Source: Malacoraja senta (taxonomy: Eukaryota). From it: a stretch of 64,000 nucleotides of DNA. Within the stretch, counting starts at the first letter, position 1. Each line of letters starts with the position of its first letter. The stretch lies in the NCBI GenBank assembly GCA_038087875.1, contig CM075988.1:62001-126000 (forward strand). The letters are read 5' to 3'. The position numbers and the translations under genes were made by a program. The notes under the pieces are model-generated. The model searched no databases. It saw only the letters and a program-made list of their open reading frames with translations, and was not told where the DNA came from. Shown here piece by piece: positions 44,039 through 55,784 of this stretch.

Positions 44039-45916
44039 ATGTATTGTCTTTCTGCTGACTGGATAGCACGAGACCAGCAGAGGAGGACAAAGGGCTTAAT
44101 TAGGAAAGGGAAAATAGATTATGAAAGGAAACTGGCAGGGAACATAAAAACTGACTGCAAAAGTTTTTATAGATATGTGAAGAGAAAGAGATTAGTTAAA
44201 ACAAATGTAGGTCCCTTGCAATCAGAAACAGGTGAATTGATCATGGGGAACAAGGATATGGCGGACCAATTGAATAACTACTTTGGTTCCGTCTTCACTA
44301 AGGAAGACATAAATAATCTGCCGGAAATAGCAGGGGGCCTCAGGTCAAAGGAGATGGAGGAACTGAGTGAAATCCAGGTTAGTCGGGAAGTGGTGTTGGG
44401 TAAATTGAATGGATTAAAGGCCGATAAATCACCAGGGCCAGATAGGCTGCATCCCAGAGTACTTAAGGAAGTAGCTCCAGAAATAGTGGATGCATTAGTG
44501 ATAATTTTTCAAAACTCTTTAGATTCTGGAGTAGTTCCTGAGGATTGGAGGGTAGCAAACGTAACCCCACTTTTTAAGAAGGGAGGGAGAGAGAAAACGG
44601 GGAATTACAGACCAGTTAGTCTAACATCGGTAGTGGGGAAACTGCTAGAGTCAGTTATTAAAGATGGGATAGCAGCACATTTGGAAAGTGGTGAAATCAT
44701 TGGACAAAGTCAGCATGGATTTACGAAAGGTAAATCGTGTCTGACGAATCTTATAGAATTTTTCGAGGATGTAACTAGTAGAGTGGATAGGGGAGAACCA
44801 GTGGATGTGTTGTATCTGGACTTTCAGAAGGCTTTCGACAAGGTACCACATAAGAGATTAGGATACAAACTTAAATCACACGGTATTGGGGGTTCAGTAT
44901 TGATGTGGATAGAGAACTGGCTGGCAAACAGGAAGCAAAGAGTAGGAGTAAACGGGTCCTTTTCACAATGGCAGGCAGTGACTAGTGGGGTACCGCAAGG
45001 CTCAGTGCTGGGACCCCAGCAATTTACAATTTATATTAATGAACTGGATGAGGGAATTGAAAGCAACATCTCCAAGTTTGCGGATGACACTAAGCTGGGG
45101 GGCAGTGTTAGCTGTGAGGAGGATGCTAGGAGACTGCAAGGTGACTTGGATAGGCTGGGTGAGTGGGCAAATGTTTGGCAGATGCAGTATAATGTGGATA
45201 AATGTGAGGTTATCCACTTTGGTGGCAAAAACGGGAAGGCAGACTATTATCTAAATGGTGGCCGATTAGGAAATGGGGAGATGCAGCGAGACCTGGGTGT
45301 CATGGTACACCAGTCATTGAAAGTAGGCATGCAGGTGCAGCAGGCAGTGAAGAAAGCGAATGGTATGTTGGCCTTCATAGCAAGAGGATTTGAGTATAGG
45401 AGCAGGGAGGTTCTACTGCAGTTGTACAGGGTCTTGGTGAGACCACACCTGGAGTATTGCGTACAGTTTTGGTCTCCAAATCTGAGGAAGGACATTATAG
45501 CCATAGAGGGAGTGCAGAGAAGGTTCACCAGACTGATTCCTGGGATGTCAGGACTTTCATATGAAGAAAGACTGGATAGACTTGGCTTATACTCGCTAGA
45601 ATTTAGGAGATTGAGAGGGGATCTTATAGAAACGTACAAAATTCTTATGGGGTTGGACAGGCTAGATGCAGGAAGATTGTTCCCGATGTTGGGGAAGTCC
45701 AGGACAAGGGGTCACAGCTTAAGGATAAGGGGGAAATCCTTTAGGACCGAGATGAGGAAAAGCTTTTTCACACAGAGAGTGGTGAATCTCTGGAACTCTC
45801 TGCCACAGAGGGTAGTTGAGGCCAGTTCATTGGCTATATTTAAGAGGGAGTTAGATGTGGCCCTTGTGGCTAAAGGGATCAGGGGGTATGGAGAGAAGGC
45901 AGGTACGGGATACTGA
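44039..45916 (+). CDS. CR1 ORF2 remnant (reverse transcriptase domain). No endonuclease domain; the ATG and first ~10 codons come from an adjacent Rex tail
   Basis: [79 protein letters not shown]. Confidence 0.85.
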   Translation: MYCLSADWIARDQQRRTKGLIRKGKIDYERKLAGNIKTDCKSFYRYVKRKRLVKTNVGPLQSETGELIMGNKDMADQLNNYFGSVFTKEDINNLPEIAGGLRSKEMEELSEIQVSREVVLGKLNGLKADKSPGPDRLHPRVLKEVAPEIVDALVIIFQNSLDSGVVPEDWRVANVTPLFKKGGREKTGNYRPVSLTSVVGKLLESVIKDGIAAHLESGEIIGQSQHGFTKGKSCLTNLIEFFEDVTSRVDRGEPVDVLYLDFQKAFDKVPHKRLGYKLKSHGIGGSVLMWIENWLANRKQRVGVNGSFSQWQAVTSGVPQGSVLGPQQFTIYINELDEGIESNISKFADDTKLGGSVSCEEDARRLQGDLDRLGEWANVWQMQYNVDKCEVIHFGGKNGKADYYLNGGRLGNGEMQRDLGVMVHQSLKVGMQVQQAVKKANGMLAFIARGFEYRSREVLLQLYRVLVRPHLEYCVQFWSPNLRKDIIAIEGVQRRFTRLIPGMSGLSYEERLDRLGLYSLEFRRLRGDLIETYKILMGLDRLDAGRLFPMLGKSRTRGHSLRIRGKSFRTEMRKSFFTQRVVNLWNSLPQRVVEASSLAIFKRELDVALVAKGIRGYGEKAGTGY

Positions 45917-46015
45917 GTTGGATGATCAGCCATGATCATATTGAATGGCGGTGCAGGCTCGAAGGGCCGAATGGCCTACTCCTGCACCTATTTTCTATGT
46001 ATCTATGTATCTATG
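44070..46015 (+). mobile_element. 5'-truncated young CR1 LINE with an uninterrupted RT frame and intact 3' tail
   Basis: No stop codon from ~44070 to 45916. The 3' UTR hairpin and (t/a)tctatgt repeats run to ~46015. Confidence 0.96.
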
Positions 46016-46424
46016 AATGAATAGCTTTTCACTGTACCTCGGTACACGTGACAAGCTGAACATAACTGAGACAGTGCCTTCAGCCCACCAAGTCGGTGCC
46101 GAACAACGATCACCCCCATACACTAGCACTATCCTGCACACTAGAGAAAATTCACAATTTATGAAAGGCAATTTACAGAAGCCAATTAACCTACAAACCT
46201 TTAGACTTTAAACTTTGGTGACACAGCATGGCAACATGCCCTTCAGCCCACCGATCAGCAATCACCCAACATCAACTTAACGCTATCCTGCACACACTAG
46301 GGACAATTTTCATTTAACAGAAGCAAAATAACCTACAAATCTGTACGTCATTGGAGTATCGGAAGAAACCGGAGCACCCGGAGAAAATCCACGCTGTCAC
46401 AAGGAGAAGGTACATCTCCAACAT

Positions 46425-46815
46425 ACCCAACACCTCCGCTCGGTTCGCATTAACCAAACTGATCTCCCGGTGGCTCAGCACTTCAACTCCCCCTCCCATT
46501 CCGAATCCGACCTTTCTGTCCTGGGCCTCCTCCATGGCCAGAGTAAATTGGAGGAGCAGCACCTCATATTTCGCTTGTGTAGTTTACACCCCAGCGGTAT
46601 GAACATTGACTTCTCCAATTTCAGGTAGTCCTTGCTTTCTCCCTCCTTCCCCTCCCCTTCCCAGCTCTCCCACAGCCCACTGTCTCCGCCTCTTCCTTTC
46701 TTTTTCCCACCCCCACATCAGTCTGAAGAAGGGTCTCGACCCAAAACGTCGCCTATTCCTTCGCTCCATAGATGCTGCCTCACCCGCTGAGTTTCTCCAG
46801 CAATTTTGTCTATCT
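46425..46815 (+). mobile_element. Penelope-like 3' fragment
   Basis: Same GIY-YIG C-terminus and tail as 26820-27305. Confidence 0.88.
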
Positions 46816-47099
46816 CCATGCAGAAAGCACCCTTAGTCAGGATCGAACCCAGGTCCCTGGCACTGTAAGGCAGCAACTTTGGACCCCATATCTGGGGAAG
46901 GATGTGCTGGCGTTGGAGAGGGAACAGAGGAGGTTTATGAGAATGATCCCAGGAATGTGTGGGTCACCAAATAGTGAAATGCCTTGAATGACTTGATGTG
47001 GAGAGGATGTTTCCACTTGTGGGAGAGGCTGGGCCCACGGGTCATAGCCTCAGAAGAAAAAGACGTTCCTTTCGGAAGGAGTTGAGGTGAAATTGGTGA

Positions 47100-48390
47100 C
47101 AGGATCGGTCAAAGTCAGCATGGATTTATGAATGGGAAATCATGCTTCACTAACCTCATGGAATATTTTGAAGATGTAACAAGTAGAATGGATAAGGGAG
47201 AGCCAGTGGATGTGGTGTATCTGGACTTTCAAAAAGCCTTTGACAAGGTCTCACACAAGAGATTAGTGGGCAAAATTAGAGCACATGGTATTGGGGGTAG
47301 AGTATTGACATAGATAGAGAACTGGTTGGCAGACAGGAAGCAAAGAGTAGATATTAACGGGTCCTTTTCAGAATAGCAGGCAGTGACTAGTGGGGTGCCG
47401 CAAGGCTCGTTTCTGGGACCCCAGTTGTTTACAATATATATTTACAATTTAGACTAGGAAATTAAATGATACATCTCTAGGTTTGTGGGTGACACAAAGC
47501 TGGGCAGCAGTGTGAGCTGCGATGAGGATGCTATGAGGCTGCAGGGTGACTTGGATAGGTTGGGTAAGTGGGCAGATGCATGGCAGAAGCAGTATTAATG
47601 TGTTTAAATGTGAGGTTATCCACTTTGGTGACAATAGCAGGAAGGCAGATTATTATGTCAGATTAGGAGAAGGGGAGGTGCAACGAGACCTGGGTGTGCT
47701 TGTACATCAGTCACTGAAAGTAAGCATGCAGGTACAGCAGGCAGTGAAGAAAGCTAATGGCATGTTCGCCTTCATTGCAAGAGGATTTGAGTTTAGGAGC
47801 AAGGAGGTCCTACTGCAGTTGTACAGGGCCCTGGTGAGACCACACCTGGAGTATTGTGTGCAATTTTGGTCTCCTAATTTGAAGAAGGACATTATTGCTA
47901 TTGATGGAGTGCAGCGTAGGTTCCCCAGGTTAATTCCTGGGATGGCGGGACTGACACATGATGAAAGTATGGGTCGACTGGGCTTGTATTCACTGGAATT
48001 TGGAAGGATGAGAGGCGATCTGAAAGAAACATAACATTCTTAAAGGATTAGACTGACTAGATGCAGGAAAAATGTTCCTAATGTCGAGGGAGTCCAGAAC
48101 CAGGGGTCACGGTTTAAGAATAAGGGGTAGGCCATTTAGGACTGAGATGAGGACAAACTTTTTCACCCAGAGAGTGGTGAGTCTGTGGAATTCTCTTCCA
48201 CAGAAGGCAGTGGAGGTCAATTCTCTGAATGTTTTCAAGAGAGAGTTAGATTTAGCTCTTCGGGCAAAAGTAATCAAGGGTTATGGGGAGAAAGCAGGAA
48301 TGAGGTACTGATTTTAGATGATCAGCCATGATCACATTGAATGGCGGTGCTGGTTCAAAGGGCCGAATGGACTACTCCTGCACCTATTTT
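47100..48390 (+). mobile_element. Degenerate CR1 LINE (RT to tail)
   Basis: VYLDFQKAFDKV...[15 protein letters not shown] with stops and frameshifts (ORFs at 47128, 47546, 48072). Confidence 0.93.
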
Positions 48391-48794
48391 TTTTCCTCTA
48401 TAAATTTCATCAGTCAGAGGGTGGTGAATCTGTGGAATTCATTGCCAGAATCGGCTGTGGAGGCCGTCATTGGATATTGACAGTTTCTTGATTAGTCTGG
48501 GGGTCAGTGTTATGGGGAGAAGGCAGGAGAATGGGGTTGAGAGGGAAAGATAGATCAGCCATGGTTGAATGGCGGAGTAGACTTGATGGGCCGAATGGCC
48601 TAATTCTGTTCCGATTACTCATCATTCACTATGTAAAAATTCCGCCCTGTATATCTCCGTTTGTTTTTCGGATCTTAAAGCTACGCCCTCTAGTCTTTGA
48701 CATTTACACTCTGGGCAAAAGGTTCTGAATGTCTACCCTATCTATGCCTCTCATAACATTACACCCTCTGGCAGCCTTCCTCTCAACCTGCAAC

Positions 48795-49203
48795 TACTCT
48801 GGAACTTAGAAGGATGAGAGGGATCTTATTGAAACATATAAGATTATTAAGGGTTTGGACACACTAGAGGCAGGAAACATGTTCCCGATGTTGGGGGAGT
48901 CCAGAACCAGGGGCCACAGTTTAAGAATAAGGGGTAAGCCATTTAGAACGGAGATGAGGAAACACATTTTCTCACACAGAGTGGTGAGTCTGTGGAATTC
49001 TCTGCCTCAGAGGGCGGTGGAGGAAGGTTCTCTGGATGCTTTCAAGAGAGAGCTAGATAGGGCTCTTAAAGATAGCGGAGTCAGGGGATATGGGGAGAAG
49101 GCAGGAACGGGGTACTGATTGGGGATGATCAGCCATGATCACATTGAATGGCGGTGCTGGCTCGAAGGGCCGAATGGCCTACTCCTGCACCTATCGTCTA
49201 TTG
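48795..49203 (+). mobile_element. CR1 LINE 3' fragment
   Basis: ORF 48855..49118. Confidence 0.92.
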
Positions 49204-49692
49204 TTCCGCCTGGGCCGCCGAGGGTCCGAGATACCGACCCGCAAAGTCCAGCCTCGGAAGTCGGCTATGGGAACGGATCTGCCGGCTCCGGCCGGGCCGG
49301 AGTTCCAGAGCCCCGGCCGCAGGAGGCGGATTCGACCCGCCGATCGGCTGCGGAAGTCCCGATGAGGTCGAGATCGACTTCCAGGGGGGGGGGGGGGGGG
49401 ATTTCAAACGCGTTCTCGTAATTCTGTCCGGATTAAGGGAGGTGATGGACCAACAGCTGCTGGAGGTGGAGGACCAGGACCTCCATCAGCCCTCGTTGCA
49501 ACCTCCATCATTCCAGTGAAAACAATCTGAGTCTGGCCAACTTCACCCAGTCGCTAATATCCTCTATTGGTTTGTAAATCTGAAGAAAACCCTTCTTCAG
49601 ACAGCCTGGAGCGCACTGTTGGATCTAGTGCTGGAGGCAGATACCATAGTGGTTTTTAAGAGCTTTTCGCAGGGAATGGAGGGATTTGAGTC

Positions 49693-50109
49693 GTGGATCG
49701 TCACCTTGCCGTGGTGGAGATGCTTGTGTGGACCTGAGATCCAGAGAGCGATGCCGTCTGGAGCTATGCTCCTGGTAGGGCCACCCATGGCGGTAAGGTC
49801 GAGGGGGAGGTCACTGACAAAGAGCAATCCAACCAAGACCTCGACGGTGGAACAGGCGGAGGACGATGGCTGACCTTAGTGGAGCGGCACAACGGCTGGG
49901 AAGGCGGATGAAGGCTGCAGCAGAAAAGGGTCTCCGGTCGTCTTGGACTCCACGCCACTGGATCCTGACCCAGATCTGTCAAGGACCGTGGGGTGGCTGT
50001 CTGTGCACCAGTCTCCCCACGTTAAACAAAGTCACGCACAGGCGTCCTCCATATGGGGAATAGCACCCTGGAGACACCCATGGTCAGCCACGACCGAAGG
50101 GGGCCTAAG
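49693..50109 (+). mobile_element. RTE (Expander/Rex3-like) derived bipartite short element with a 17-bp TSD
   Basis: TSD ATGGAGGGATTTGAGTC (49676-49692 / 50110-50126). The head gtcaccttgccgtggtgg...gctatgctcctggtagggccacccatggc resembles RTE 5' UTRs. Confidence 0.82.
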
Positions 50110-50839
50110 ATGGAGGGATTTGAGTCATGCACAGGCAGAGGAGATTTGGTTCTCGGCCTCGTGTTTAGCACGAACACTGTGGGCCGAAGGGCCTCTCCCT
50201 GTGCTGTACTGTTCTATGTTCTATGTTCATTGGTTCAACAGTACTTTATAGTCACATGTGCAAAGTGCAAATTCAATAGCTAATAGACAATAGACAATAG
50301 GTGCAGGAGTAGGCCATTCGGCCCTTCGAGCCAGCACCGCCATTCAATGTGATCATGGCTGATCATCCACAGTCAGTACCCCGTTCCTGCCTTCTCCCCA
50401 TATCCCCTGCGCTATTTTTAAGAGCCCTATCTAGCTCTCTCTTGAAAGTATCCAGAGAACCTGCCTCCACCGCCCTCTGAGGCAGAGAATTCCACAGACT
50501 CTCCACGGTGAAATACTTTCTTACCACACCGTATCACATCCCCGGTTAGCAAAGTCTACAGAAACAGTCCACGGAGCCAGCAGGTGCCATGTTTTGGCGC
50601 CATTTTCGGAGTCCAGTCCGCGCTCCAGTTGTTACGAGCGGTACCCGATCCAGGCGAGCCCCAGGCTGCTGCGGGGCCTCCAGCCATCATCTTCCTTGGA
50701 CGTGTGGATCGACCAGTGAATCCACGTCCCTCTCCTCCCCCTCGCCCGTCCACCTTTGTTCCCTGGTGGGGGTGGGAGCCTCCCGCAGCCGACTTCGAGG
50801 GCGCGGAAACAGGCCCTTCAACCCAACTAGTCTATGCAG

Positions 50840-51425
50840 AGGCCTAGTGAGACCACACCTGGAGTATTGTGTACAGTTTTAGTCCCCTAATTTGAGGAAG
50901 GACATTCTTGTTATTGAGGGAGTGCAGCGTAGGTTTACAAGGTTAATTCCCGGGATGGCGGGACTGTCATATGCTGGGAGAATGGAGCAGCTGGGTTGTA
51001 CACTCTGGAGTTTAGAAGGATGAGAGGGTATCTCATTAAAACATATAAGATTGTTAAGGGCTTGGACACACTAGAAGCAGCAAACATGTTCCCAATGTTG
51101 GGGGAGTCCAGAACCAAGGGCCACAGATTAAGAATAAGGAGTAAGCCATTTAGAACGGAGACGAGGAAACACTTTTTCTCACAGAGAGTTGTGAGTCTGT
51201 GGAATTCTCTGCCTCAGAGGGCGGTGGAGGCAGGTTCTCTGGATGCTTTCAAGAGAGAGCTAGATAGGGCTCTTAAAGATAGCGGAGTCAGGGGATATGG
51301 GGAGAAGGCAGGAACGGGGTACTGATTGGGGATGATCAGCCATGATCACATTGAATGGCGTGCTGGCTCGAAAGGCCGAATGGCCTACTCCTGCATCTAT
51401 TGTCTATTATCTATTGTCTATTGTC
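50840..51425 (+). mobile_element. CR1 LINE 3' fragment
   Basis: ORF 50996..51325. Confidence 0.92.
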
Positions 51426-51609
51426 AGATCAAGATGCCCCATCTACAGTAGGCCCAAGTTTGGCCCATATCCCTCTAAAACCTGTCCGAATGTCATTCAA
51501 ATATAATATTAGGTTGACACAAAGTGCTGGAGTAACTCAACGGGTCAGGCAACATCTCTGGGAAAAAATGGATGGGTGACGTTTTGGGTCGAGACTGAAG
51601 AAGGGTCAA

Positions 51610-52025
51610 TTCGGGTATGATTTGGGTAAAAATGTACATGGTTAGTACATTTACAGATGAAATTAAAATAGGCAGTGTCGTAGAAAGTATCTAAGATTAT
51701 CAATGGTTACAACAGGATCTTGACCAGTTGGGCAACTGGCCTTGAGGAGTTTAATGAAGTTAAGGGTAAGGCGTTGCACTTTGAGAAGTCTAACATGGGC
51801 AGGACCCACATAATGGATGGCAGGGCTCTGGGGAGTGTTGTAGAGCAGAGGGATCTAGGAGCGCAGGTGCATGGTTCCTTGAAAATGGCGTCACAAGTAG
51901 ATAGGGTGGTCAAGAAGACTTTTGACACATTGGCTTCCATCAGTCAGTACTTCAAGCATGGCATTTGGGACATTATCTTCAGTTGTACGAGCCATTAGTG
52001 TGCCCGCAGATGGAGTATTGTCAAG
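51610..52025 (+). mobile_element. Old CR1 fragment (post-RT region)
   Basis: ALHFEKSNMGRT...EQRDLGAQVHGSLKMASQVDRVVKK. Confidence 0.8.
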
Positions 52026-52038
52026 TTAAGATTCCTTA

Positions 52039-52286
52039 AGGGCCTGTCCCACTTGGGAGTCATTTGCGCGCCCCATCATATTCGCGTCACGACGCACGAC
52101 GCACGCCTCGTGACATGCACGTGATGCGCGCATAGGCGGGAATTCCGCTCGCTTGGCGTGAATTACGCGCGCATGGTGCATAGTGACGTAGGCAGTCGCG
52201 CGCGGCACCCCAGGATTTGGCGATTCACAAAATCTTCGCGCGCCACCTGCGTGACGCGCAAATGACGCCCAGGTGGGACAGGCCAT
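52039..52286. mobile_element. PIF/Harbinger-type MITE family 4 (extremely CpG-rich)
   Basis: About 32-bp imperfect TIR agggcctgtcccacttgggagtcatttgcgcg / cgcgcaaatgacgcccaggtgggacaggccat with a TTA TSD. Confidence 0.9.
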
Positions 52287-52322
52287 TTAATTGTCATGGG
52301 CGCTGGAAAGAGATCAATTAAA

Positions 52323-52750
52323 TTTCGCTGAACACCTCCGCTCAGTCCATCTTAACCTATCTGATCTCCCGGTTGCTCAGCACTTTAACTCCCCCTCCCA
52401 TTCCCACACTGACCTTTCTGTCCTGGGCCTCCTCCATTGTCAGAGTCAGGCCCAGCGCAAATTGGAGGAACAGCACCTCATATTTCACTTGGGCAGTTTA
52501 CACCCCAGCGGTATGAACATTGACTTCTCTAACTTCAAATAGCCCTTGCTTTCCCACTCTCTCCATCCCCTCCCCCTTCCCAGTTCTCCCACTAGTCGCA
52601 CTGTCTCCGACTACATTCTATCTCTGTCCCGCCCCCTCCCCTGACATCGGTCTGAAGAAGGGTCTCGACCCAAAACGTCACCCATTCCTTCTCTCCAGAG
52701 ATGCTGCCTGTCCCGCTGAGTTACTCCAGCATTTTGTGTCTACCTTTAAT
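52323..52750 (+). mobile_element. Penelope-like 3' fragment
   Basis: ORF 52291..52542 has FAEHLRSV...RKLEEQHLIFHLGSLHPSGMNIDF. Confidence 0.9.
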
Positions 52751-52989
52751 TAAAGTGATATTGGGATTATTACAGGGCTGTGGGGAGCACACCTCCAGAT
52801 TCAGGGACAGTTTCTTCCCGGCTGTTATCAGGCAACTGAACCATCCTACCGCAACCAGAGAGCGGTCCTGAACTTCTATCTACCTCATTGGAGATCCTTC
52901 GGGCTAATTTTGATTGGACTTTGCCTGATTTACCTTGCACTAAACGTTATTCTTTACATGTATCTGTACACCGCGGACGGTTCGATTGT

Positions 52990-54122
52990 CAAGTCAAGTC
53001 AAGTGAGTTTATTGTCATGTGTCCCTGGTAGGACAATGAAATTCTTGCTTTGCTTGAGCACAACAGAACATTTTAGGCATTTACTACAAGGCATTCTATA
53101 AATATATACACAATGGTCAATATACTGATAAAGTGCAAATAACAGTATTGGCTAGTAAAGTTCAGTGTTATGTCCGAGCCAGGTTTAATAGCCTGATGGC
53201 TGTGGGGAAGTAGCTGTTCCTGAACCTGGTCGATGCAGTCTTCAGGCTCCTGTACCTTCTACCTGAAGGTAGCGGGGAGATGAGTGTGTGGCCAGGATGG
53301 TGTGGGTCCTTGATGATGCTGCCAGCCTTTTTGAGGCAGCGACTGTGATAGATCCCCTCGATGGAAGGGAGGTCAGAGCCGATGATGGACTGGGCAGTGT
53401 TTACTACTTTTTGTAGTATTTTCCTCTCCAGGGCGCTCAAGTTGACGAACCAAGCCACGATGCAACCGGTCAGCATGCTCTCTACTGTGCACCTGTAGAA
53501 GTTAGAGAGAGTCCTCCTTGACAAACCGACTCTCCGTAATCTTCTCAGGAAGTAGAGGCGCTGATGTGCTTGCTTTATAATGGCATCAGTGTTCTCGGAC
53601 CAGGAAAGATCTTCAGAGATGTGCACGCCCAGGAATTTGAAGCTCTTGACCCTTTCAACCATCGACCCGTTGATATAAACGGGACTGTGGGTCCCCATCC
53701 TACTCCTTCCAAAGTCCACAATCAGTTCCTTGGTTTTGCTGGTGTTGAGGGCCAGGTTGTTGTGCTGGCACCATATGGACAGTTGCTCGATCTCTCTTCT
53801 ATACTCTGACTCATCCCCATCAGTGATACGTCCCACAACAGTGGTGTCATCAGCGAACTTGATGATGGAGTTCGCACTATGTCCGGCTATGCAGTCATGA
53901 GTATAGAGTGAGTACAGCAGGGGGCTGAGCACGCAGCCTTGAGGTGGTCCCGTGCTAATTATTATCGAGTCTGACACATTTCCACCAATACGAACAGACT
54001 GTGGTCTGAGAGTGAGGAAGTCGAGGATCCAATTGCAGAGGGATGCGCAGAGACCCAGTTCTGCGAGTTTGGTAACCAGCTTGGAGGGGATGATTGTATT
54101 AAATGCCGAGCTGTAATCAATG
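52990..54122 (-). mobile_element. Rex1/Babar LINE (family A), 5'-truncated, with an uninterrupted RT C-terminal frame
   Basis: ORF 53168..54169(-) has [10 protein letters not shown]...[20 protein letters not shown]...[12 protein letters not shown]...KTKELIVDF...LYFLRRLR. Confidence 0.95.
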
Positions 54123-54304
54123 TATTGTCTTTCTGCTGACTGGATAGAACGCAACAAAAAACGTTTCACTGTACCTCGTTACACGTGACAATAAACTAAA
54201 CTGAACTGAACTGAACTGGAGAGAGCGGGGCAGTGGGATTAGTGTGGGATTGATACAGGGCTGTGGATAGAGAGCGGGGCATAATTTTATATTTGCAAGA
54301 CAGA

Positions 54305-55089
54305 CGGGGGCACCATCTATATGTCCTGTAGCTGTCCATTTTTTTCACTTTAAAACATTTTTAGTACGTTAAAGTGTGTTGTTGGGGGTCTAATATTTGT
54401 ATGTGTGGGGAGTGGGGGGGTGGGGGGTGGCAGGGGAAGGGGGGAACTGCTTTTCTCAGTCCCTACCTTGTCGGAGAGGCAGCTTGCCTCCGAGCAGCAC
54501 CTTCGACCCGTCCTCGTAGCCTACCAGCGGGGTCTGGAGCGGCGTTTCCTGAGGGGATCTGGCCAGAACCTCGGCTTCGGCGGTGGCACAGCGCTGGAGC
54601 GCCATCGCGGAGCGGGCGATGCCTTGCCTGGGTTGCCGCGCTGGAGCTCTGGGATGCTGAGTCCACCGATGAATATCGCGGAGCTGCGGGTCTGTGGAGC
54701 GGTCAGCCGTGGGCGGCGGCGCTGAACTTTAACACCGTGAGCCTGGGATCTCTCGCCGAGATCACCAGTGGTGGAGCTCCGTCCAGCGCGGCCTGTCGGC
54801 TTCGGAAGCCGCGGTCTCCGGTAAGGAAGCGGCCGTTCCAGCATCCCAAGCCGCTGAGAGGATTCACCCTGCGAGAACGGCCTGAAACATCGGGCCTCCG
54901 TAAAGGCGACTGCGGAGGCCTCAATAGGCCCGACCATGGGTGGACAAGAGGATGGGGACTGGACTTTGTGCCTTCCCTCACAGTGGGAACCATTGTGGGG
55001 GGATGTTTTTTATGTTAAATTTCTTCTTTAATGTTATGTTGTATTTTTATTAGTGTGCTGAATTTCCCCTGAAAAGGGGATTAATAAAG

Positions 55090-55120
<31 letters not shown>
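54305..55120 (+). mobile_element. GC-rich non-coding retroposon, copy 5 (different tail)
   Basis: The core is homologous to 25360-25800, with hairpin B at 54974-55003. Tail aatttcccctgaaaaggggattaataaagta plus (tta)n. Confidence 0.78.
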
Positions 55121-55122
<2 letters not shown>

Positions 55123-55784
55123 GACTCTGTGCTGCAAACCCTTTCGCCTCTGAGCTGCTGGGCCTGCCAGCAGTGTTCTCTGTCCAGAGTTAGTGGCATT
55201 TGGAAGGAGAAATTCTCACCACACCCTCTGTGCAAGTCCCAGTTTCCCCACTGCCGTGTCTCTCGGGAGGCATCGGGACAGACAATGCTCCCTTTCATTG
55301 ACAGCGTATAAAAGGTGATATCTTTGAATTGAGTGCTATTTCCCCCCTTTTTGATGTTTAAATTGATCTCATTATTGAGTGAATAGGATACATTTAAATG
55401 CAATTTACTGAGGCCAAGTGGTGGGTGAAACATGAGCAGAGAACGGCCCTGCCTTCAGGCCGCGACTCAGCTCCAGCTGAATAGCCAACGCCGTGATGAA
55501 AATACCTTTGTGGCCCCGTTGGATTTGACTTTTAATCACTTTTTTATAAAGTTACCGGTGTGAAATAGGGCATTGAGACAAAGGAGCAAGTTTCATTGGC
55601 ACACCCCCCCCCACTCCTACAGTAACTTAGATTAAAGTCTTGGAATCACACAGTGTGGAAACAGGCCCTTCGGCCCAACTATTTACAATATATATTCATG
55701 ATTTGGATGAAGGGATTCAAAGTAACATTAGCAAATTTGCAGATGACACAAAGCTGGGTGGCAGTGTGAACTGTGAGGAGGATA

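Noticed and set aside
49204..49445. GC-rich segment as a CpG-island promoter
   Set aside because: It is short and wedged between repeats, and ends in a tccggattaa motif suggestive of a DNA-transposon remnant. It cannot be supported either way.
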